Both the position numbers and the translations under genes were made by a program. From Ferruginibacter sp. (GTDB taxonomy: Bacteria; Bacteroidota; Bacteroidia; Chitinophagales; Chitinophagaceae), in the NCBI GenBank assembly GCA_044342365.1, contig JBIIPY010000002.1:34711-98710 (forward strand): a stretch of 64,000 nucleotides of DNA, given 5' to 3'. Of the stretch, positions 31,998 through 41,200 are shown piece after piece. The notes beneath the pieces were generated by a model. It worked only from the letters and a program-made list of their open reading frames with translations, was not told the origin of the DNA and made no database searches. Positions within the stretch are counted from its first letter, which is position 1. Each line of letters begins with the position of its first letter.

Positions 31998-34508
31998 ATG
32001 AAGTTCGATTTTAAAAAATTACTACCTCATCTTATTGCAGTAGCTATTTTCTTAATTGTTGCTGTTGTTTTTTGCAAACCAGCGCTGGAGGGCAAAGTGG
32101 TGTATCAACATGATCTTCAAGGTTGGAGAGGCATGGTGCAACAGTCAGAAGAATTCAAAGCAACTTATGGCCATTATCCATTGTGGACAAATAGCCTGTT
32201 TAGTGGTATGCCCGCCTACCAAATTGCAATGAATGCTACCCATTGGCTCAGTTTGGGTCATTTTGAGAAAATCATTACACTGGGATTACCTCAACCGATC
32301 AACTTCTTTTTTGTAGCCTGTATTTGCCTTTATTTTTTATGTGTGGTGCTTCGCATCAGTCCATGGGTAGGCGTGATGGCAGGATTGGCCTATGCCTATT
32401 CCACCTACGACCCGGTGATCATCATGGTGGGCCACGTTACCAAAATGGCATCCATGGCTTATGCACCAGCAATACTGGCTTCTTTTTTATTGATACTTCA
32501 GAAAAAATACTGGACGGGTACTGCCTTCCTTATACTTTTTTCAACCATCATGATCTCTCACAACCACGTGCAGATCGTGTATTATACTTTATTAATTGCG
32601 CTCGCTATCGCCATTGCCTACGCCGTAAAAGCTTTCAAGGAAAAACAAGTAGCGCATTTACTCATTGCTGCAGCTTTTTCAATTGTAGCAGGCTTGGTTG
32701 GTTTGGCGGGCGCCGCTGTTACCCTGATGCCTACTGCAGAATATGTAAAAGAAACCATGAGAGGTGGCAGGTCTGAACTTACTGATTCTACCAATGTTGG
32801 TAACAAAACCAAAGGTGGGTTAGACAAAGACTATGCATTTAGCTGGAGTTATGGCATAGGTGAAACAGTTACTTTATTGGTGCCAGGAGCTTTTGGCGGC
32901 AGTTCGGGAGGAGAATTAAAAGAAAATTCTGCTGTGTCTAAAACACTCATAGAACAAGGTGTTCCAGAAGAAAATGCCAACCAATATGCAGCGAGTTTGC
33001 CTACTTATTGGGGACCTCAACCCAACACTTCTGGTCCGGTATATTTAGGCGCTATCATCTGCTTTTTATTTATACTCGGCTTGGTTTATTTAGATAGTTG
33101 GCACAAATGGTGGATAGCAGGTATCACACTTTTCGCTATTATACTTGCTTGGGGTAGCAATTTTAAAGGGCTGAATTATTTCTTGTTCGATTACATGCCC
33201 ATGTACAACAAATTTAGGGCCCCTACCATGGCCTTGGTAATACCACAGCTAACAGCTGCGCTCATGGCAGGCCTGGTTGTTCAACAGTTTTTATTTGGAG
33301 GGGATGCCAAAGAATTATTATTTAAAAAATTGAAGCTGAGTGTTTACATCACTGCAGGCGTAGTAGCCATTGCAGCACTGCTTTATTTTAGCAGCGATTA
33401 CAATGGAAGCAACGATGCCAGAATAAAAGAAAGTTTTGCCAACATGTTGTTGTCATCTGCACAAGGCAAAGCGGGCGATCCTACATTGAATGCACAAGCC
33501 AATGAGTTTGGTCAATCAGTAGTAAGATCACTTGCCGAAGACCGTAAATCAATGTTTGGAGGCGATCTCTTAAGGTCCATCATTTTTATGGCACTTTCAA
33601 TTGTAGTGCTGGGATTGTTTAGTAAAAATAAACTGAGCGGTACCGTTGCAGCTATTGTATTGGCAGCATTGGTATTGGTAGATTTATATCCAGTGGCAAA
33701 AAGGTATCTCAACGAAAATAATTTTGTGGAGGCTGGAAACATTGAAGAAGAGTTTGCCATGAGTGAGGCAGACCGCATCATTAAAGCTGATCCCGATCAT
33801 AAGAATTTTAGAATTTACAACGGAGATGATCCGTACAACAATGCAAAACCTTCTTACCATCACAATTCTATTGGTGGTTACAACCCGGCTAAAATTGCGC
33901 TTTATCAAGATTTGATCGAGCGCCAGTTGAGCAAAGGAAATATGAAGGTATTTAACATGCTCAATACCAAATATTTTGTGGTACAAAACCCACAAACAGG
34001 CGCACCAATGGCACAGACGAATCCTGATGCAATGGGTAATGTATGGTTGGTAAAATCTTTACAATATGAAGCCAACGCAGATGCTGAAATGAAAGCACTG
34101 GATAATTTTAATCCAAGAGATACAGCTATCATAGACCAGCGTTACAAAGAAAAAATAAAGACTGCTCCACAGTTCGATTCTTTAGCTGTGATTAGACTAG
34201 TAGAAAATATCAACGATACCATCCGTTATGAATACAATGCTGCTACCCCACAGTTTGCAGTGTTCAGCGAAATTTATTACGACAAAGGCTGGAATGCTTA
34301 CATCGACGGAAACAAATCAGATTATGTTAGGGTAAACTATGTATTGAGAGGAATGCCATTACCAGCAGGCAAACACAACATCGAATTTATATTTGAACCC
34401 GAGAGTTTCAAAAAGGGCAATACCATTGCCTTCTGGAGTGCAGTAGTTGGTTTAATTGCCCTATTGGCAGCATTGGCCATGAGTGTGAAAAAGAAAAAAA
34501 TCGTTTAA
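31998..34508 (+). CDS. YfhO-family (GT-C) polytopic membrane protein
   Basis: PLWTNSLFSGMPAY, YWGPQP.TSGPVYLG, YNKFRAP, FSEIYYDKGW and RVNYVLRGM.LPAGKHNIEFIFEP; many TM segments. Confidence 0.88.
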   Translation: MKFDFKKLLPHLIAVAIFLIVAVVFCKPALEGKVVYQHDLQGWRGMVQQSEEFKATYGHYPLWTNSLFSGMPAYQIAMNATHWLSLGHFEKIITLGLPQPINFFFVACICLYFLCVVLRISPWVGVMAGLAYAYSTYDPVIIMVGHVTKMASMAYAPAILASFLLILQKKYWTGTAFLILFSTIMISHNHVQIVYYTLLIALAIAIAYAVKAFKEKQVAHLLIAAAFSIVAGLVGLAGAAVTLMPTAEYVKETMRGGRSELTDSTNVGNKTKGGLDKDYAFSWSYGIGETVTLLVPGAFGGSSGGELKENSAVSKTLIEQGVPEENANQYAASLPTYWGPQPNTSGPVYLGAIICFLFILGLVYLDSWHKWWIAGITLFAIILAWGSNFKGLNYFLFDYMPMYNKFRAPTMALVIPQLTAALMAGLVVQQFLFGGDAKELLFKKLKLSVYITAGVVAIAALLYFSSDYNGSNDARIKESFANMLLSSAQGKAGDPTLNAQANEFGQSVVRSLAEDRKSMFGGDLLRSIIFMALSIVVLGLFSKNKLSGTVAAIVLAALVLVDLYPVAKRYLNENNFVEAGNIEEEFAMSEADRIIKADPDHKNFRIYNGDDPYNNAKPSYHHNSIGGYNPAKIALYQDLIERQLSKGNMKVFNMLNTKYFVVQNPQTGAPMAQTNPDAMGNVWLVKSLQYEANADAEMKALDNFNPRDTAIIDQRYKEKIKTAPQFDSLAVIRLVENINDTIRYEYNAATPQFAVFSEIYYDKGWNAYIDGNKSDYVRVNYVLRGMPLPAGKHNIEFIFEPESFKKGNTIAFWSAVVGLIALLAALAMSVKKKKIV

Positions 34509-34519
34509 GGGTAATCGTT

Positions 34520-35218
34520 ATGGTGATTGGAAACGGTATGATCGCAACAAGGTTTGCTGCTTACGCAGCAGAAAAAAACATCACTGTTTTTGCATCTGGC
34601 GTTTCCAATTCATCCTCCAACGAAGCAGCCAATTTTGAAAGAGAAATTGCTTTACTCAATGATTGTATAAAAAAAAATCCCCACAACCTGCTGGTCTATT
34701 TTAGTACCTGTAGTATTTACGACAGTTCGCTACAATCGTCTGCATACGTTCAACACAAACTAAATGTAGAAGCAGTCATACAAAAAGAAGTAACCCGTTA
34801 CCTCATTTTTAGAGTGAGTAATCCCGTGGGTATAACCCGTAATCCGCACACATTGCTTAACTATCTGGTGAACCATATTGTACAACAACGTCCTTTTCAC
34901 GCATGGGAATATGCCAGCAGAAACATCATTGATATAGACCACATGTATCAGATCTGCGACACACTCATCAAAACAGCACCACAACCCAGCCGCATCATCA
35001 ATGTAGCCAATCCGGTTAATTATCCGGTCATCAGCATCATTCAACAAATAGAACAACACTTTCAAACAAAAGCACATTACACCCTTGTTTCCGAAGGGAA
35101 TAGTCCAATAATTGATACCAGCCAAATTAAACCCATTTTTGAAAGCTTACAGTTGCGTTTCGATAAAGACTATCTTTTCAGGGTTTTAAAGAAATATTAC
35201 CCCATACATGACGTTTAA
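34520..35218 (+). CDS. Atypical short NAD-dependent epimerase/dehydratase (SDR-like)
   Basis: VIGNGMIA, FASGVSNS, YFSTCSIYD and YVQHK (YxxxK); located in the glycan locus. Confidence 0.7.
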   Translation: MVIGNGMIATRFAAYAAEKNITVFASGVSNSSSNEAANFEREIALLNDCIKKNPHNLLVYFSTCSIYDSSLQSSAYVQHKLNVEAVIQKEVTRYLIFRVSNPVGITRNPHTLLNYLVNHIVQQRPFHAWEYASRNIIDIDHMYQICDTLIKTAPQPSRIINVANPVNYPVISIIQQIEQHFQTKAHYTLVSEGNSPIIDTSQIKPIFESLQLRFDKDYLFRVLKKYYPIHDV

Positions 35219-36389
35219 AAAAGCCCAACAAAAGTTATTGTTAGAGCGCATAGCCATGGCGCCTTTTGTGTGGCTGGGGAAATGTGTAGGTTATCTGTTT
35301 CCGTTAAAACGTGACCACCCCTATTTCCTTTTTTTCCCAAATGCTGATATTGGTGGCTCTCCAAAAGTGAATGCCGACATTACGGAGTTATTGCAACAGC
35401 AACATCCACTGATTGTATTTTCTAAAAAAGCACTCAACAACCAATACTTAGAACGTTACCAGCAAACAGGCGTGCGCATCATGGACCTCCATCGGTACAT
35501 CGATAATAAATTCTTGCATTTCGTCAATTTCTTTTTCAGAGGGCTACTGGCAGCTTGGATCAACCAACAAAAAAATCCGGTGGTGTTTGGGGGCGAGAGC
35601 ATCTTTTTTTACAAAGTAATTCCACACTTAAGAAAAGATATCCGCTGCGTAGAGTTAACCCACGTAGATGTTTGGCTGAATTATACCATCGGTTTTGTAC
35701 ACAGAATGGATGCCCGCATATTCAGCACGCGCAAGGGTATGCAAAAAGTGATGGAACAATACCAGCAGAACAACTTGCCCCCCAGCTATCAAAAAAAATT
35801 ACATTTTATAGAAAACGCAGTTAACATCCCCCAAACGTCTATTACGCAAAACGAACTGTTAGAAATATTTTTTATTGGCCGGGGTGCTACACAAAAAAGA
35901 GTGCATTTGGTTGCTGCCATTGCTACCGCCTTGCATCAACAACAACTCCCCGTACACTTCAATTTTGTGGGCGATGTCGAAAAGATAATTGATCCTACCA
36001 CCCTGCCGTTTTGCAGCTTTTATGGTATCGTAAAAGAGGAAGATAAAATGCAGGCCATCTATGAAAAAGCCGATGTATTAATACTCACCTCGACATTTGA
36101 AGGCTTACCAGTAGTAATCATGCAAATGATGGCGTACGGCAAAGTAGTATTGAGCACGGCTGTGAGTGGCATTCCAGATTATATTTTTCACCAAGAGAAC
36201 GGACTGCTCATACACGCAACAGCAGAAACCGCCATTGTAGAAGAAGCCATCCAACATATAAAACTATTGATTCAGCAGCCGGCCCTTCGTTTAAAATTAG
36301 GCGCTGCGGCCAGGCAGGATGCCATCCGAAAGTTTAGTAGGGATATTTTTAATGCAGAATACCTATCCCTTTTAAATGGCAATACTTAG
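35208..36389 (+). CDS. GT4 glycosyltransferase
   Basis: DIGGSPKV, LTSTFEGLPVVIMQMMAYGK and VSGIPDYI..ENG; overlaps the upstream gene's 3' end. Confidence 0.88.
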   Translation: MTFKKAQQKLLLERIAMAPFVWLGKCVGYLFPLKRDHPYFLFFPNADIGGSPKVNADITELLQQQHPLIVFSKKALNNQYLERYQQTGVRIMDLHRYIDNKFLHFVNFFFRGLLAAWINQQKNPVVFGGESIFFYKVIPHLRKDIRCVELTHVDVWLNYTIGFVHRMDARIFSTRKGMQKVMEQYQQNNLPPSYQKKLHFIENAVNIPQTSITQNELLEIFFIGRGATQKRVHLVAAIATALHQQQLPVHFNFVGDVEKIIDPTTLPFCSFYGIVKEEDKMQAIYEKADVLILTSTFEGLPVVIMQMMAYGKVVLSTAVSGIPDYIFHQENGLLIHATAETAIVEEAIQHIKLLIQQPALRLKLGAAARQDAIRKFSRDIFNAEYLSLLNGNT

Positions 36390-36469
36390 GTTACATCCCC
36401 CCTATTTCATATAGCAATTAAATTTCCTATCTATTAAAAATTGTGCTTTTCTCAATAGCCCGCTTGCCC

Positions 36470-36477
36470 TATCTTTG
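36470..36477 (+). promoter_or_regulatory. -7 box for sucD
   Basis: TATCTTTG followed by C, ~30 bp upstream of the ATG at 36509. Confidence 0.7.
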
Positions 36478-36508
36478 CGCCACAAATTTTTCACTTATAA
36501 TAACCGAT

Positions 36509-37384
36509 ATGGCTGTTTTAGTTAATAAAGATTCTAAAGTAATTGTACAAGGTTTTACCGGTACAGAGGGTACTTTCCACGCTACCCAAATGATAGAATA
36601 TGGAACCAACGTAGTAGGTGGTGTTACACCAGGCAAGGGTGGTACCAGTCATCTCGACAAACCAGTGTTCAACACCGTGGAAGATGCGGTTAAAACTACA
36701 GCGGCCAATGTGAGTATCATTTTTGTACCCCCTTCGTTTGCAGCCGATGCCATTTTAGAGGCGGCAGAAGCAGGAATTGCTTTGGTGATTTGCATTACAG
36801 AAGGCATTCCGGTTTCAGACATGGTAAAAGTGAAAAATTATTTGAAAGACAGCAGCACACGTTTAATTGGACCAAACTGTCCGGGTGTAATTACTGCAGA
36901 TGAGTGCAAAGTGGGTATCATGCCAGGCTTTATTTTCAAAAAAGGGCGCATTGGTATCGTATCAAAATCTGGAACACTTACCTACGAAGCCGCCGACCAG
37001 GTTGCAAAAGCAGGGTTGGGTATTTCAACTGCCATCGGTATTGGTGGAGATCCCATCATCGGCACTACTACCAAAGAAGCGGTGGAGTTGTTTATGAATG
37101 ATGATGAAACAGATGCCATTGTTATGATAGGTGAAATTGGTGGTGGTATGGAAGCAGAAGCAGCCCAATACATCAAAAGTACTGGCAACAAAAAACCGGT
37201 CGTTGGTTTCATCGCTGGCCAAACAGCGCCTCCGGGTAGGAGAATGGGCCATGCTGGCGCCATCGTAGGTGGAGCCGATGATACTGCAGAAGCCAAAATG
37301 AAAATCATGGGCGAATGTGGTATTCATGTAGTAGCTAGCCCTGCCGACATTGGTAAAACAATGGCTGAAGTAATGAGCAAATAA
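36509..37384 (+). CDS. sucD: Succinyl-CoA ligase alpha subunit
   Basis: [42 protein letters not shown] and RMGHAGAI (phospho-His). Start set at MAVLV. Confidence 0.98.
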   Translation: MAVLVNKDSKVIVQGFTGTEGTFHATQMIEYGTNVVGGVTPGKGGTSHLDKPVFNTVEDAVKTTAANVSIIFVPPSFAADAILEAAEAGIALVICITEGIPVSDMVKVKNYLKDSSTRLIGPNCPGVITADECKVGIMPGFIFKKGRIGIVSKSGTLTYEAADQVAKAGLGISTAIGIGGDPIIGTTTKEAVELFMNDDETDAIVMIGEIGGGMEAEAAQYIKSTGNKKPVVGFIAGQTAPPGRRMGHAGAIVGGADDTAEAKMKIMGECGIHVVASPADIGKTMAEVMSK

Positions 37385-37402
37385 ATTAGAACGATCTTAT
37401 AC

Positions 37403-37434
37403 AAATGCCACCGGAAACTTTCGGTGGCATTTTT
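37403..37434 (+). terminator. Intrinsic terminator after sucD
   Basis: AAATGCCACCG-GAAACTTT-CGGTGGCATTT followed by a T-run. Confidence 0.85.
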
Positions 37435-37472
37435 CTATTAGAGCATCAACATTTCTTCTTTTATCAACTTTA

Positions 37473-37534
37473 GTATCCGGCTTTTCGCTGCAAGTCCTCG
37501 CTGCGCTGCGGGCTTTCCGCTACAATCCGGGCTA
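37473..37534 (-). ncRNA. Flavo-1-like repeated structured RNA/REP-like element
   Basis: Minus strand reads TAGCCCGGATTGTAGCGGAAAGCCCGCAGCGCAGCGAGGACTTGCAGCGAAAAGCCGG. It is a GC-rich island with two AGCG(G/A)AAAGCC units. Resemblance to the Bacteroidota Flavo-1 motif is recalled, not computed. Confidence 0.5.
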
Positions 37535-37555
37535 TGCTCAACATTTTTTTCTCTT

Positions 37556-37697
37556 ATACCGATTGGACAAACAAAATAGTCCAATATCGGCTGTCGCCTC
37601 ATTGTACTATTTGTTTGATACCATCGGCATTTACTCCCGAAAGCATTCGGAATAAGATTTATAAAATATTGGCATATTATATAAATCACATTGGTAT
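37556..37697 (-). mobile_element. 142-bp MITE-like repeat, copy 1
   Basis: Reverse complement matches 50715-50856 at 136/142 positions (hand count); ends ATACC...GGTAT; non-coding. Confidence 0.7.
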
Positions 37698-37850
37698 TAT
37701 CAACCTACTTGCTATCTCTTAATGACTATTGAAGCCATGCATTCTCTGTATAATGGCCACGCAATTATACAGTGAAGGCCCGAGCAAAAGCTCGAACCCC
37801 CTAAAGTATAGCCATTAAAAAAACTACGTATTCATCATAGCACTCTTGCA

Positions 37851-37946
37851 CTATCTTCCTGTTCTCACCGGAATAGGAATCGGTTGTAAAGGCTTGCCAA
37901 AAATGGTTGCAATCAACTCTTCTAAAAAACTATTTAACTGTCTCAT
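37851..37946 (-). CDS. Putative 31-aa small protein MRQLNSFLEELIATIFGKPLQPIPIPVRTGR
   Basis: Manual translation ATG(37946) to TAG; amphipathic helix plus a P-I-P-I-P-V-R tail; below the ORF-track cutoff. Confidence 0.5.
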   Translation of the reverse strand: MRQLNSFLEELIATIFGKPLQPIPIPVRTGR

Positions 37947-38065
37947 CTTAATCGCTGGTTTAATAAACGGAATGTTGTAGCATATAGATTCAAAACTCGT
38001 TCCGAAGTATTATGCCACAAGCATAAAAAATAGTTAAAGCCCATTTTTACACTTGTTTGTGCAAA

Positions 38066-38073
38066 TACATTTG
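38066..38073 (+). promoter_or_regulatory. Candidate -7 box for the second A2M gene
   Basis: TACATTTG ~150 bp upstream of the ATG at 38221. Confidence 0.45.
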
Positions 38074-38220
38074 TAGCATCATCTTATAAACTTAAACAGT
38101 GATCCCTTGGTTATAAAAAGCAAAGGAAATCACATCTATTTAATTACTTATACCGTTGCTGAATCTACTAACAACAAACAAACTCAAAATTGTATCTTGT
38201 ATTCACTTAAACACACCTAC

Positions 38221-41200
38221 ATGAAGGATTTCTTTAAAATAATCACCGTATTTTTTTTACTGTTCAATTTTACCAACGTGGATGCACAACCGAACAACGA
38301 ATTTCTACAAGAATGGAAACAGGTAGAAGCTTTCGAAGCCAAAGGACTTACGCAAGATGCACTCAATGAAGTGAATCAAATTTTTGACAAAGCCATTACG
38401 GCTTCCATGCAGCCGCAACAAATAAAAGCCGCCATGTACCTCATGAAATACAGAAACATGGTGCAGGAAGACAATCAGGAAAAAAATTTATTTTACATAG
38501 ATACCCTTATCAATAGAACCAAGGCTCCGGCTAAAAATATACTGCAGTCGATGCAAGCCGAACTTTTTGCCAGTTACCTCAACAACCATCGATATGAATT
38601 GTTCGATCGTACAGCAATCGTTGCAGAAAATAGCAAAGACATTTCTACTTGGAGTATCGAGAAATTACATTTTACCAGTAACCAATTGTACAAAGCTTCG
38701 CTGCAGGATATCATCATTTTACAAAAAACGCCCATCGATGCATTTGAAGCCATCCTAACCCCTGGAAAAAATACCCGCACGCTGCGCCCAACCTTGTATG
38801 ATTTTTTAGCATTCCGTGCTCTCGATCATTTTATTGCTGCAGATGAAGTATTACCAAGTAATACCGCCAATAAATTTATCATCAATGATGAAAAAGCATT
38901 TGCACCCATCCCAACATTTGTGGCACACAGATTCACAACTACCAATACCAGTTCGAGTTATTTTGATGCCTTGCAATTACTGCAACAAATACTGGCCTTT
39001 CACCAGAACGATGCAAATAAAGATCCCCTACTAGATGCAGACCTTATTCGTTTGGCTTTTGTTCAGCAAAACGGTGTTTTTAGCAACAAAGAAAAATTGT
39101 ATTCAGCTGCATTGCTGCAAATTGAACAAACCTATACCAGCAGTTCTTTCGCAGGAATGGCCATGTTTTTACGTGCCCAAGAATGGCAAAACAAGGGCAT
39201 GGAGTATAGCCCCAGCAACAAAACAAATCAATTTGATTTAATCAAAGCCATCGAAATTGCTACAGCCATCCAGCAAAAATATCCGGGTACCGAAGGGGCT
39301 AAAAAAAGCAGCAATTTAATTGCAGATATCTCACAGCCTTCGTTTAATGTAACCACCGAGAAAGTGAACTTACCCAATGAACCCATGCGCTGTTTGGCAA
39401 CCTATCGCAACGTTCCTTCTTTGCACTTCCGGCTCATTAAAACCAACAAGACAGAAATGGAACTATTTGGAACTGACGATGATTCCATTTGGAAGACTTT
39501 GATCAACATGCCCATGTTGCGCAGTTGGAACCAAGTGCTACCCGATGAAAAAGATTACCAAGAACACAGCACTGAAATTAAAATAGACGCACTGCCACTA
39601 GGCACTTACATGTTATTGGCCAGTGTAAAACCTGACTTCACACTTACCGACAATATTTTGAGCAGTCAAATGCTCTACATCAGCAACATCAGTTACATCG
39701 AAAACAATGAAAAAGGAATCTTTGTACTGCACCGCAAAACCGGACAGCCATTGAGCAATGCAACCATTCAGGTCTGGGAAAATGAATATGATTACAACAG
39801 CAGAAAAAATAATTCAAAGCAAGCCGAAAAATTTACAACAGATGCAAATGGTTTCGCTACCATCCAATTAGACCAGCGTAAGTACAACACCCGGTTACAG
39901 ATATTGCACAAAAAAGATGAACTGTTTACAGATGACAACTACTATCATTATGATTACAACAGTAACAATGTAAATAAAAAAGTAAAAACATTTTTGTTTA
40001 CGGACCGGGCCATCTATCGGCCAGGACAAACCGTATTTTTTAAAGGGATTGTATTAAGCAAGTACGATTCCCTCCACACAAACAGTGTGATTGCCAATTA
40101 CAAAAGCACCATGCTGCTCATAAATAGCAATGGAGAAAAAGCAGGGAGCGTAGAAGTAACCAGCAATGAGTTTGGATCTTTCACAGGAAACTTTGTTTTG
40201 CCAACGGGTGTTCTCAATGGCAATTTTAGTTTGATAGACAGCAGCAGTAAAGACGTTTTTAATTTTAGTGTAGAAGAATACAAACGACCCAAATTCATCA
40301 CTTCTATTGACAAACCAGCAGGTACTTATAAATTGAATGATACCATTGTGGTGAAAGGAAAAGCCACCGCCTATGCAGGCAATACCATCAACGATGCCAA
40401 AGTGAGTTACAGAGTAGTGAGAAGAACCCGGTATCCCATTTGGTGGGGCTGGGGCAACTATGTAAAATCATTGCCACCATTCGGTAATAATGTGTCGGCA
40501 GAAATTACCAATGGATTTACCAGCACAGATGCAGATGGTATTTTTGTAATTAAATTCAAAGCCATCCCCGACGAAAAAATAGATGCCAAAGATCCCGTAA
40601 CATTTTATTATGAAGTAAGTGCAGATGTAACCGATTTAAATGGTGAAACCCGAAGCGCATCCAACGACGTAGCCGTTGCGCGTCATGCATTGGAACTGAA
40701 TGTTCAGTTACCAGAGAGATTGGCTGCTGCTGATTTCAAAAAAATACAAGTATTGAGCACCAACCTCAACGGCTTATTTGAACAATCCAAAGTACAACTG
40801 GAATTGTTCTCCCTTCAACAACCCAATAAAATGTACAGAGAACGATTTTGGGAAACACCTGATTTGTTTGTGATGGATAAAAAAACGTTTGAATCCTTTT
40901 TTCCATACGATGAATATGCCAATGAAGCCGATCCAAAAAATTGGAGCATCAACAAAAGAGAATGGGCTACTACAGATACTACCCAACGCAATGGAAATTT
41001 TAATGTGCAGTACAAAACCATTCAGCCCGGTTATTATAAACTCATCGCCAGCACCACCGACCAATTTGGCGAATTGGTGAAAACAGAGAAAATTATCCGC
41101 ATTTATGATCCTAAAAAACCATCGATACTAGACCCTTTTGTATTGGATGTAAAAAACCCAACGGCTACTCCAGGTGAATCATTGGCATATGACTTTCACA

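Noticed and set aside
28600-34680. A8-A9 runs in glycan genes as phase-variation tracts
   Set aside because: Poly-A runs of this length are frequent throughout this AT-rich window and mostly encode Lys.
36509-37384. sucD without adjacent sucC
   Set aside because: To my knowledge, separation of sucC and sucD is usual in Bacteroidota.
37438-37722. ORFs 37438-37689 (-) and 37534-37722 (+)
   Set aside because: They lie over the non-coding repeat elements and show no protein-like features.
38107-38220. TTG-initiated extension of the second A2M
   Set aside because: A clear signal peptide begins at ATG 38221.
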